Virus record (IMG/VR): IMGVR_UViG_3300011202_000008 | Source: an uncultured virus (IMG/VR IMGVR_UViG_3300011202_000008) | Taxonomy: Duplodnaviria > Heunggongvirae > Uroviricota > Caudoviricetes | Reading direction: 5' to 3' (one strand) | Length of the DNA: 20,000 nucleotides | In this document: piece after piece, positions 9,473 to 17,877 of the stretch | Layout of the letters: the number at the start of each line of letters is the position of its first letter | Position numbering within the stretch: position 1 is the stretch's first letter | Program-made: the position numbers and the translations under genes | The notes under the pieces: model-generated | What the model was told of the DNA's origin: nothing | Seen by the model: only the letters and a program-made list of their open reading frames with translations | Database searches by the model: none

Positions 9473-11269
9473 TTATAGCGCTCTTACAATATACATAAAA
9501 GCAGTGTTAGTTGGTCTTGCTCCACCATAGAAACCATTAGAACCATTATTAGATAAAGAAATACCATTACCTATCGCTTCATTTTTACCTGAAGATGGTC
9601 CAGTTCCAGATGACATGTGTACCCAATATTTAGGATCTTGACCATTACTTCCTGTGGTATAATCATATACGTTTATCGAATCTCTTGAATAAGCCGAACT
9701 TGGACCATGTAGAACACCAAAATCATTATCAGACCAGTTATCATCTGTTCCACCAACAACTGATGCTCTTTGCTCACTTAGTAATGTTCTTCCACCATCT
9801 TTACCTCTACCGTTATCCAAACCTCTTATAAACTGACCTCTTAAATCTGGAAGAACACCAGATGGATATGCTTTAGCAAGTAATGGATACTGTGATTTAT
9901 TGAAAGTTTGACCATTACATTCTAACCATCCTGTTGGTATCGTTGCAGAAGGCCAAGGTTGCGGTATACCTACAGGCATTTCAGGACTCCATATTCCACC
10001 CTTACAACTTAAAACTTGACCAGTACTATCTCTACCTAATAATCCTGCAGGAGAACAAGAGGCTCCAGCAGTTACAACGCTTCCTATTTCTAAATATTCA
10101 CCCGTTTTTATTCTTCCATCTACAGTCATATTGCCAGAAGCTTTAACATTACCATCCTGTCTCGCATAGAAACCAAATTTTCCTTCTGAAATCGTTGTTC
10201 CTGCTAATATAGAATAAAAAGAACCTGTTGCTACCACATCAACTGTTCTTACACCACCTGCACTGAATCCCGGAGGCATTTCATTAGGATCAAGCCCATT
10301 TGTTGCAAGTCTTTGTTGTATTTTTGTATTTTTATAAACATTTAATACTGTTGTATAATCTGCTGCATTAGGGGAATAAATACTTAATGGTTTCGTTCCA
10401 TTATATAGTCTTATTTCGTAATCATTACCATCACCTCCAGCAAAGGCTATAGAATCACCAGCACCGTTATGTGCTATAACTTCTCTCCCAGCATTAACAT
10501 AACCGCCAGATGTAACATCTCCTGTAAAAACACCTTTACCACCAAAAGTTGCTGTTCCAGACGCTGTAACATCTTTAGCATTATAAATATCCTGATTACC
10601 CATGTTTAAATTCCCTGTCATGGGTAAGGTTCCATCACGGCGTAAGTAGGCTGAATATAACGAGGCATTATATCCTACTCTAAAACCTAATACTCCTTGT
10701 TTATTTATTGCGGAAAAATCACTTTGTTGTAATGTCCATGCTCCACCAAACCCATTCATTTGAGAAGTTGTTTTAGTGGTTGCGCTATCAATTCCAGCCG
10801 ATTGCATAGCTTTACCTAAAAGATCATAACGAATGCTTCCACCCTCTATCCAAGCAGCATTGGTTAATACTACACCATCTATGATATAGTTAGGACTTGT
10901 TCCTGAACGCTTTAGTTGTATTGTGTAATCTGTCGATGAAAACGAGTTTTGAGGAACATATCCAGATGGTAATATTCCTTCATTGATTAATGTTTGATAT
11001 GTTATTGTACAGATACTTCCAGAACATGTTCTTGGACCCGGATCGGTACCGTTTCCGGCAGCATTAGATAAAGTTGATAGTTTATCATATCTTAATGATA
11101 TATAGTTATTAACAGCACTACCTATTCTTTGTATCTCTTGCCCTGCTATGTTGGCATTTATATTTTCTTGTTCATGCTTCATATCTTGAAATTTTATAAA
11201 TGCTACAGCAACGCCTATACCAAGCACTAATGTTAATTCAAGTAAGCTAAACCCCTTCTTTAATTTCAT
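9473..11269 (-). CDS. pilV: PilV-like adhesin fused to a phage tail-collar/tail-fibre C-terminal domain
   Basis: KKG/FSLLEL prepilin motif and shufflon N-domain. After LSCKGGIW comes PVGIPQPWPSATIPTGWLECNGQ...LPDLRGQFIRGLDNGRG...RPTNTAFMYIVRA, the tail-collar signature. Confidence 0.88.
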   Translation of the reverse strand: MKLKKGFSLLELTLVLGIGVAVAFIKFQDMKHEQENINANIAGQEIQRIGSAVNNYISLRYDKLSTLSNAAGNGTDPGPRTCSGSICTITYQTLINEGILPSGYVPQNSFSSTDYTIQLKRSGTSPNYIIDGVVLTNAAWIEGGSIRYDLLGKAMQSAGIDSATTKTTSQMNGFGGAWTLQQSDFSAINKQGVLGFRVGYNASLYSAYLRRDGTLPMTGNLNMGNQDIYNAKDVTASGTATFGGKGVFTGDVTSGGYVNAGREVIAHNGAGDSIAFAGGDGNDYEIRLYNGTKPLSIYSPNAADYTTVLNVYKNTKIQQRLATNGLDPNEMPPGFSAGGVRTVDVVATGSFYSILAGTTISEGKFGFYARQDGNVKASGNMTVDGRIKTGEYLEIGSVVTAGASCSPAGLLGRDSTGQVLSCKGGIWSPEMPVGIPQPWPSATIPTGWLECNGQTFNKSQYPLLAKAYPSGVLPDLRGQFIRGLDNGRGKDGGRTLLSEQRASVVGGTDDNWSDNDFGVLHGPSSAYSRDSINVYDYTTGSNGQDPKYWVHMSSGTGPSSGKNEAIGNGISLSNNGSNGFYGGARPTNTAFMYIVRAL

Positions 11270-11402
11270 TTACTTTAATCCCATTGCCCATAAAATAATT
11301 TATCTTAATTCATTTATAACGCTATATTATTTTATGGCAAGGATAAAATCTATAATTGGTATGGTAAAACGTGCTTTTTATTATTTAAAACTAACCAATT
11401 TT

Positions 11403-11750
11403 TTACTTTTTTGAACCTACACAGATAAAATACTTCTCTTTATGCTCATTAGGACAATATTGGAAGAAATAACCTTTATCTTCATAAGTTTGTTTTAGAT
11501 ATTGTTCATTTTTAGTAGTTAATGGGTAATCCAACTCTATAATTATGGTTATTCCCTTATCTTCTAAAAAATTCAATGTTTCTCTGTCTTCATATTTTAA
11601 ATGATCTAACCTTTCTTTTAATTCCAAATTCACTAATGCTATAACTTTTTCTACACCTGTTGACTTACTTACAACTTTTTTATTACTTTTACTGTTAACT
11701 ATTGTTTTGATTTTTTCGTTGATAAAATCAGAACTCCATTTTATTTCCAT
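11403..11750 (-). CDS. Hypothetical protein
   Basis: 115-aa ORF with AGGGG SD. Confidence 0.6.
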   Translation of the reverse strand: MEIKWSSDFINEKIKTIVNSKSNKKVVSKSTGVEKVIALVNLELKERLDHLKYEDRETLNFLEDKGITIIIELDYPLTTKNEQYLKQTYEDKGYFFQYCPNEHKEKYFICVGSKK

Positions 11751-11849
11751 TTTTATAACCCCTTTTCATTTATTGTTAAAAAATGATAATACTTTAAAAA
11801 ATGATAGCAAGATCACAAAATATTTAATTCATATATAATATGCAAAAAT

Positions 11850-11871
11850 AAAGCCTCCCGAAGGAGGCTTT
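11850..11871 (-). terminator. Hairpin, probable intrinsic terminator
   Basis: AAAGCCTCC-CGAA-GGAGGCTTT (UUCG loop on the - strand). Confidence 0.7.
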
Positions 11872-11927
11872 ATCTTATAAGTATAACGACTTATTTTTAG
11901 CGCAATACTTTATCGCTGCTGGATTCT

Positions 11928-12704
11928 TCAGCTCATTTTTAGTATACGTTTAACGGAAGTCGATTTCAACTCTTTTTCAGAAAAATCGAAAACATCTTCA
12001 ACCATTTTTTCTAAATCAATATTAATAGTTCCTAAAAGCTCCCTTCCCTCTCTTTCTACTATTTCTTCATTTATTTGGTTATACGATTTATCTTTATTAG
12101 CATACCCATCAGTGAAAAAATAATCCTCAAGTCTTTCGAGATTACATCCTGATACGCAATCAGAAATATCATTATCGAACTCATCACTTATATAAGCAAT
12201 ATCTATTTGATGAGGGGTTAATCCTCCTGATGATTCAATAAATACTAATGCATGTTTTAACTCATGTGTAACTGTTGCTAAAGCAATAAACAAAGAGGAC
12301 TCAATACCTGAAATAGAATAATTATTATCATTTATCATTTTATAATATTCATCATTTGATGGACAAAAAACAAAAACTTCAAAACTATCTACATGATACT
12401 TTTCTTCCAAAAAACCATCACCTGTTGAAACAGCATAGAATCCAAGTGTTTTATTTTCATCAAAACCAAAATATGAACATAGTTCATCTTTTTGATTAGG
12501 AGATACAAAATTAACGTTTATAGTTACTTCATTAGGAAAATCTAAATCATAACAACTTGTTAATTTATCTACTGATAAATCTATCTTATCTTTTAGCTTT
12601 TCAACAACTTCAAATGCATGACCATAGAATAAATTATCATCTAACGAAGGGGACTCTAATTCTTCATGTTCAAAAACTACAGGGTTCAGTTTTACTTTTA
12701 ACAT
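11928..12704 (-). CDS. Hypothetical acidic protein with HExxH zincin-like motif
   Basis: ATVTHELKHAL followed by a downstream NEE; basic C-terminal tail. Confidence 0.6.
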   Translation of the reverse strand: MLKVKLNPVVFEHEELESPSLDDNLFYGHAFEVVEKLKDKIDLSVDKLTSCYDLDFPNEVTINVNFVSPNQKDELCSYFGFDENKTLGFYAVSTGDGFLEEKYHVDSFEVFVFCPSNDEYYKMINDNNYSISGIESSLFIALATVTHELKHALVFIESSGGLTPHQIDIAYISDEFDNDISDCVSGCNLERLEDYFFTDGYANKDKSYNQINEEIVEREGRELLGTINIDLEKMVEDVFDFSEKELKSTSVKRILKMS

Positions 12705-12862
12705 TTATAATTCCTTGTTAATCTTTACAATATTCTTATATTATACCAAAAAAATTAGAAATACATAGCAAAAAAGTAACCAAAAAAATAAAATTTTTGT
12801 TGTATAGCATGAGAATTTTCGCTATTATAACCATCTACTTTGATTACATAAGGAATAAAAAT

Positions 12863-13489
12863 ATGACTACCCGTTTTCATGCTGTAACTCAAACATCAGC
12901 AGACTTGGGACTTAAAAATACGGACAACCTTCGTACTAATAGTTATGTTTACACAAAGATTTCAGAAGAATTTCATGAACTGCATGAAGAAATTCTTGTC
13001 CAACAAGGTTTTCTTAATCAACCTCAAGGAAAAGATGGTATTTTTGGCGAAGCAATGGATCTTTTGATTAGCGCTATTGATTTGTTTGCTCTTAACACCC
13101 AAAATGATAAGACACCAGTAGAAGTTGAAACACTGTTGTTTAAGCATATTTCACATAAACTGGATAAAAATGTAGAATCATTGGATGATTTGATTACGTA
13201 TCTTAACTTAGAACACATTGGAAAAGATGCATCTTTCAATATGCTTTCTATGACAATGAATAAGGTTTGTGTCGGATATCAGATTGACGATGGCATTAGC
13301 TATAAGAAACAAGAAAAAAGCGTATTTTTGGATAATATTGCTCAACTGTGTATTGATAGCTTAGCTGTTTACGTTTCTTATACTAAAACAGCACCTCAAG
13401 ATCAGGTTTATGAAATTGTTAATATTATTGTTTCCAAAACCAATAAATGGCGTAAAAATCGTTGCTTAACGCAGTTTAAAGTTAAATAA
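12863..13489 (+). CDS. MazG-like NTP pyrophosphohydrolase-fold protein (putative)
   Basis: KISEEFHELHEE...GEAMDLL matches the EExxE...ExxD pattern. AAGGA SD precedes the ATG at 12863; the ORF track starts at TTG 12797. Confidence 0.55.
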   Translation: MTTRFHAVTQTSADLGLKNTDNLRTNSYVYTKISEEFHELHEEILVQQGFLNQPQGKDGIFGEAMDLLISAIDLFALNTQNDKTPVEVETLLFKHISHKLDKNVESLDDLITYLNLEHIGKDASFNMLSMTMNKVCVGYQIDDGISYKKQEKSVFLDNIAQLCIDSLAVYVSYTKTAPQDQVYEIVNIIVSKTNKWRKNRCLTQFKVK

Positions 13490-13496
13490 AACAAAT

Positions 13497-13528
13497 AAAA
13501 AAGCCCATAGGACTATGGGCTTTTTTTT
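13497..13528. terminator. Bidirectional intrinsic terminator
   Basis: AAAAAAGCCCATAG-GA-CTATGGGCTTTTTTTT between convergent genes. Confidence 0.85.
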
Positions 13529-13529
13529 A

Positions 13530-13721
13530 TTAGAAACGCTCTTCTATTTTTTCAATAATTTCTTCTGGTTCATCATCAAGCCATCCATTTCCAATTAATG
13601 ATAAACCAGCGTCTTCCAATACAGCTAAAATATCTAAAGCAAGTTCTTCTTTATCGTTAAAGTTAATTTTATGACCTAATCTTACTTCTATTGCCTTTTC
13701 TATATCTCTTCTTAATGCCAT
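13530..13721 (-). CDS. Small hypothetical protein
   Basis: 63 aa, coupled to the upstream gene by a TAATG stop/start overlap, GAGG SD. Confidence 0.65.
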   Translation of the reverse strand: MALRRDIEKAIEVRLGHKINFNDKEELALDILAVLEDAGLSLIGNGWLDDEPEEIIEKIEERF

Positions 13722-14149
13722 TATAGCGCCTCTCTTTTCATTTTGTTATTGAAGTTATCTAATGTTTTAGCCCATACTTTACCATTATTGCCTTGATATA
13801 CAACAGTAATAGGATAATCTTCAGATTCTGCATGTGTATTTGCTATCTGTAATACGGTATATTCATTTCCATTATGATGCTTATATATACTTCCGATTTC
13901 AGGATATTCTACACCATCTTTATTAAGTACATTATATCCTATTTGAACAGGAGCATGATTTTCAACCAATTTCATTCCAGAATTAAATCTTTCAATACCT
14001 TTTGCCCAAACTTTACCTGCCTCAACATCAACATAAATTACTTGAGGTGGATATTCTTCTTTTTTTGAATCTATGTTAGCTATAAACATAACATAATATT
14101 CGTTATTATTTTTATGTTTATATATTGCTCTTTTTATTGGTAAAGTCAT
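13721..14149 (-). CDS. Protein with two tandem DUF1653-like repeats
   Basis: YKH..NNEY.V..IAN....E.YP..V.Y....GKVWAK occurs twice. Confidence 0.65.
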   Translation of the reverse strand: MTLPIKRAIYKHKNNNEYYVMFIANIDSKKEEYPPQVIYVDVEAGKVWAKGIERFNSGMKLVENHAPVQIGYNVLNKDGVEYPEIGSIYKHHNGNEYTVLQIANTHAESEDYPITVVYQGNNGKVWAKTLDNFNNKMKREAL

Positions 14150-14162
14150 ATTTATCTCTCTT

Positions 14163-15026
14163 TTAATATTTTAGTTTTCTTTTTAAAGGTGTTTTATACT
14201 CTTCAACTTGCTCGAACAGTTTTACCATATCTATATTATATAATCCAGAAGCATTCCAACAATTATATTCTACGATTTTAAAATCATTCCCATTTTTTGC
14301 CAGATCCATCACAAATATATCGCTTGGATTATATAACTTAGCAAAATCTGATGCTATATATAACAACTCTTTATCTACTTTTTCATCAAGCTTTAATTTT
14401 CCATCTTTTAAATATGATGATCCTGCTATAGCTTCATTGCCAAAGCAAACAAATCTAAATTCAGTTCCGGGACATTTAACTTCATCTAAAAGAATTGTTT
14501 CATCCTTATAAGTTTTTTGATAATGCGTACTCAATATATAGTCTTCTACATTTGTTCCTGCTTTTAGAATTCCAGCTGTGAAGCATTTTAAATCACTTGA
14601 TGGTTTAATAAACATATCTCTATTAAATACTTTGTTTTTTAATGATTCAAAACTTTCATAAACAGCACTATTATTTAATAAAGGCAAATCAAGTTTAGAA
14701 TAGATTCTTTGATCAAATTTATTAAAATCATAAGATATACCATCTTTTAATTTTTCAAGCGTGCCTTGATTAACGTTTTCTACTTTTCCAATAGACAACA
14801 TATTTATAACTTTTACACCACATCTAAAAATATAGTTAGTATCATTAAAATCTTCTTCATAAAGCCCCGTTAAGACATTCTCATTTTTCAGTACACCAAA
14901 AACAGAAAAAGATTTATTCAAAGTATTAAGAGATGTTAACTCTTGATTCACAATATTTAATAATCTATCTGTATCCTGTATTAACCATTTCATATATTTT
15001 CCTTTTATTTTTATATATTTTATCAT
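14163..15026 (-). CDS. ATP-grasp domain protein (DUF4343/R2K-like); start possibly 14993
   Basis: FIKPSSDLKCF, EFRF, FVMDLA and KIVEYNCWNASGLY motifs. Confidence 0.75.
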   Translation of the reverse strand: MIKYIKIKGKYMKWLIQDTDRLLNIVNQELTSLNTLNKSFSVFGVLKNENVLTGLYEEDFNDTNYIFRCGVKVINMLSIGKVENVNQGTLEKLKDGISYDFNKFDQRIYSKLDLPLLNNSAVYESFESLKNKVFNRDMFIKPSSDLKCFTAGILKAGTNVEDYILSTHYQKTYKDETILLDEVKCPGTEFRFVCFGNEAIAGSSYLKDGKLKLDEKVDKELLYIASDFAKLYNPSDIFVMDLAKNGNDFKIVEYNCWNASGLYNIDMVKLFEQVEEYKTPLKRKLKY

Positions 15027-15052
15027 ATTATTTCTTTCATTTCATCTCAAAT

Positions 15053-15080
15053 TTGATTTTTTACTTTCGTATGTTATTAT
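15053..15080 (+). promoter_or_regulatory. Sigma70-like promoter for the riboswitch-gdx transcript
   Basis: TTGATT-16 nt-TATTAT with extended TG. The expected start site falls at the first riboswitch hairpin. Confidence 0.5.
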
Positions 15081-15086
15081 TTATAA

Positions 15087-15138
15087 ATCTTGGACGACCA
15101 AGATATTCATTATTTATACAGGACGACCTGTAAAGGAG
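15087..15138 (+). ncRNA. Guanidine-II (mini-ykkC) riboswitch
   Basis: Two hairpins with ACGA loops, ATCTTGG-ACGA-CCAAGAT (15087-15104) and TACAGG-ACGA-CCTGTA (15117-15132), directly followed by the AAGGAG SD of an SMR gene. Confidence 0.93.
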
Positions 15139-15143
15139 ATTAT

Positions 15144-15464
15144 ATGAATATCTACTGGTTGTCTTTATTTTTTGCAGGTATACTTGAGATTATTTGGGCT
15201 TTCTTTATGAAGCAATCAGTAGGCTTCACAAAAATATTTCCATCTATTATCACAATTATTACCATGATTGGAAGCTTCTTCTTACTTTCTTTTTCCATGA
15301 AAAATATACCATTAAGTACGGCATATGTCATATGGACAGGCATTGGAGCTATTGGTTCTTTTCTTGTTGGAATATATTTATTAGGCGATTCGGTAAATAA
15401 TATAAAAATTATTGCTGCTATTTTTATTTTAATAGGTATTATTTTAATGAAAGCTTCTTCTTAA
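15144..15464 (+). CDS. sugE: SMR-family guanidinium exporter Gdx/SugE
   Basis: WLSLFFAGILEIIWAFFMKQSVGF and PLSTAYVIWTGIGAIG, four TM helices, guanidine-II riboswitch upstream; ATG at 15144. Confidence 0.9.
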   Translation: MNIYWLSLFFAGILEIIWAFFMKQSVGFTKIFPSIITIITMIGSFFLLSFSMKNIPLSTAYVIWTGIGAIGSFLVGIYLLGDSVNNIKIIAAIFILIGIILMKASS

Positions 15465-15514
15465 TTTTATTATTTGGTATATATTAGAAAAAATAAAAAA
15501 GGAATAACATAAAC

Positions 15515-16528
15515 ATGCAAGAACAATATATTTTTAATATGATTAATGCTATGGCTTTGGGAGATTCTTTTGGTTTTCCTTATGAAAACATGTCTCCTAA
15601 TTTAATCAACAAAATTAAACCAGAGTTAACATATCCTCTCAATTTTAATAAAATAAAAAATACCATAACTGATGATACGGAACATCTTGTTATGACTTAT
15701 TTAGCGCTTATCGATAGCCAAAATAGTCAGCAGATTGAAAAAGATTTTGAACGCTCCTTATCTAAAAGATTAAGAACATGGTTTCTTACTTTACCAGCGG
15801 GTATTGGTATGGCTACACTAAAATCTTTATCTAAATTAACGATAGGAATAAGCCCAAGTAAAACAGGCGTATTTTCTGCAGGTAATGGGCCTCTTATGAG
15901 AGCACCAATAATAGGCGCTTTTTATTTTGACAATGAAGATCTAAGAAAGAAAATAGTGCATGTATCAACAACAATTACACATACCGATCCATTAGCAGAA
16001 CTTGCGGCACAATCAGTTGCTGATATTGTAGCCTTCCTTATTAACAAAAATAATAATATGAAAGAAAATAAGGAAAACATTAAAAAAAGTATTTTAGGTA
16101 TTCTTAAAAAAAGCACTCAAAAAGTAACGATTGATGAAAAAACAACAGATATATGGCAAGGATTTATCAGAGATACAGATAAGAAGCTGTCAACTCATGA
16201 ATCATATCAAAAATGGACATCTAACACATTTCCAAAAGGTATTTCTGGGTTTTCACTTCACACTCTTCAAGCAATAATTGCTCAGCTATATTATCATAAT
16301 ACGATTGAAGAAGTCGTGATTTCATCTGTTTACTCTGGTGGAGATACTGATACAACAGCAGGGATTTCAGCATCTGTTATAAGTATTATTTCTAATCCTG
16401 TAGATATTCCAACAAATATTATAATCAAAAAATTAAAAAGACCTTATCCAATAAAACTTTTTAACTCTTTTATTAGTTGGATAAGATCTATATTTAGTTT
16501 ATGGCGTTTTATTTATATATTTTTATAA
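15515..16528 (+). CDS. ADP-ribosylglycohydrolase (DraG/ARH family)
   Basis: ALGDSFGFPYE, TDDTE, SAGNGPLMR, THTD and GGDTDTTA motifs. Confidence 0.9.
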   Translation: MQEQYIFNMINAMALGDSFGFPYENMSPNLINKIKPELTYPLNFNKIKNTITDDTEHLVMTYLALIDSQNSQQIEKDFERSLSKRLRTWFLTLPAGIGMATLKSLSKLTIGISPSKTGVFSAGNGPLMRAPIIGAFYFDNEDLRKKIVHVSTTITHTDPLAELAAQSVADIVAFLINKNNNMKENKENIKKSILGILKKSTQKVTIDEKTTDIWQGFIRDTDKKLSTHESYQKWTSNTFPKGISGFSLHTLQAIIAQLYYHNTIEEVVISSVYSGGDTDTTAGISASVISIISNPVDIPTNIIIKKLKRPYPIKLFNSFISWIRSIFSLWRFIYIFL

Positions 16529-17266
16529 TTATTTTAATTTATTTTTATTCTGAACATCTTCGCCTATAATATTTTTCTCTTTTAAAAAACCTTTTAGTGA
16601 TTTTATTCTATTTCCTAAAGGAGGTTTTTTATCGTCATTTAAAAAATCATAAAGTTCGGTAGGATTCATAGATATAACATTTATTTCTTCAGATAAAACA
16701 TTTTCTCTATGTAATAATTTTATATGATTTTTATGAAAATAATCATTAACTCTTTCATCTTTCGCATCAGGATAAATATTTTTAATTATTTCAGGATAAT
16801 TTTTCTCTGCTATTTCTAACATTATTTGTTTTATTTTTAACCTTTCCTCTCCATTATTTATACTTGACATAAAACTACTAATATCATTTTCCATAGAAAG
16901 AGGTTTTAATGGATTAGTCTCTATTAAATTTCTATAAAAATAATTATCATCTGGATTTACTACCTTTTTTATTTCATTGGGATTTTCTATTACTTTTAAA
17001 ACCCTTATTAAATTTGATATTTGATATTCATTTAGTGATCTTAATATGTTTTTATTTTCTAAATTAGGGGTATCTTTGTATTCTTCAAATAAATGCTCAT
17101 TTTTTTTGTGTAACATTTTCACTAAAGCGGGATTATTTTTATATGGCTCAATAAGTTTTTCATAACTTTTTTCTAGTGATATTTTATTTAACTGTTTTGT
17201 TAATATATTTAAGTCATTTTCGTAATTTTGATTGTATTCCATGTTATTTCTCCAATTTTTTATCAT
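16529..17266 (-). CDS. Hypothetical protein; likely start 17242
   Basis: 245-aa ORF, GGAG before MEYNQ, basic C-terminus KNKNKLK. Confidence 0.6.
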   Translation of the reverse strand: MIKNWRNNMEYNQNYENDLNILTKQLNKISLEKSYEKLIEPYKNNPALVKMLHKKNEHLFEEYKDTPNLENKNILRSLNEYQISNLIRVLKVIENPNEIKKVVNPDDNYFYRNLIETNPLKPLSMENDISSFMSSINNGEERLKIKQIMLEIAEKNYPEIIKNIYPDAKDERVNDYFHKNHIKLLHRENVLSEEINVISMNPTELYDFLNDDKKPPLGNRIKSLKGFLKEKNIIGEDVQNKNKLK

Positions 17267-17361
17267 AATAATATTATATAGTTTTATTTTTATTTTAATA
17301 TAGTTAAGAGAAAAATTATTTTAACAATGACCATATAAAGATATTATTAAAAAAAATAAAT

Positions 17362-17390
17362 AAAAAAAGACACCCGGAGGTGTCTCTTTT
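17362..17390 (-). terminator. Intrinsic terminator closing the tRNA/ncRNA cluster
   Basis: Minus strand reads AGACACC-TCCG-GGTGTCT-TTTTTT. Confidence 0.85.
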
Positions 17391-17392
17391 AT

Positions 17393-17724
17393 AATGTTTT
17401 CCTAAAAAACATCCTATCCAGTTATCACTTTCGATCCGCCTTGCGCGAATACAGAATTATCTGCTGAAGGACGCTTTCTCAACTGGTTTATCGTCCTGAA
17501 ATTATTAGTAGGAGTGAGTTAGTAGCTTTAAACACTCTCTATATTTTGTTGATGGACCGCAATCACATCAACCAGACAAGTTTTAGGCGCTACTCTTGTC
17601 GGGGATTCAATGGGTTTATTTGCTATTACAACGCGCCTTCGGTTGTTCTTTTTTACTGTATTCCCTTTTTATACTCTAGAAATATAATCCAGTTTACTAC
17701 GCTACAGTGCATATAAACCACTTC
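17393..17724 (-). ncRNA. Candidate ~330-nt highly structured non-coding RNA, unassigned
   Basis: No ORF and higher GC than the flanks. Many stems plus complementary loops; lies between a tRNA CCA end and a terminator. Confidence 0.65.
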
Positions 17725-17801
17725 TGGTAGCGGGAGCAGGATTTGAACCTGCGGTCTCTAGGTTATGAGCCTAGTGAGATGCCATGCTTCTCCATCCCGC
17801 G
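17725..17801 (-). tRNA. tRNA-Met(CAT), initiator-like (C1:U72 mismatch)
   Basis: CGCGGGA...CTAGG-CTCATAA-CCTAG...GCAGG-TTCAAAT-CCTGC-TCCCGCT-A-CCA. Confidence 0.92.
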
Positions 17802-17877
17802 ATTATATGTTGAGATAATCGTATTTTCACCAACCTGTATTAACAGTAAATTCTACAGGTACTTCTACTTTCTCTCT

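Noticed and set aside
8010..10013. Classical Rci shufflon with sfx repeats
   Set aside because: The junction DNA encoding CINGLW and CKGGIW does not match the sfx consensus or each other. There are no promoterless cassettes and no recombinase in the window.
15090..15143. N-terminal extension of SugE from the TTG at 15090
   Set aside because: This stretch is the riboswitch; the SD-supported ATG is at 15144.
2193..16116. Short antisense or alternate-frame ORFs (2193, 2519, 5422, 7222, 7924, 9934, 12962, 13024, 13874, 14933, 15152, 15194, 15922)
   Set aside because: They are shadows of well-supported genes and carry no motifs.
17393..17724. RNase P RNA or group I intron
   Set aside because: The conserved GAGGAAAGUCC and terminal P4 signatures, and group I core elements, are not recognisable in order on either strand.
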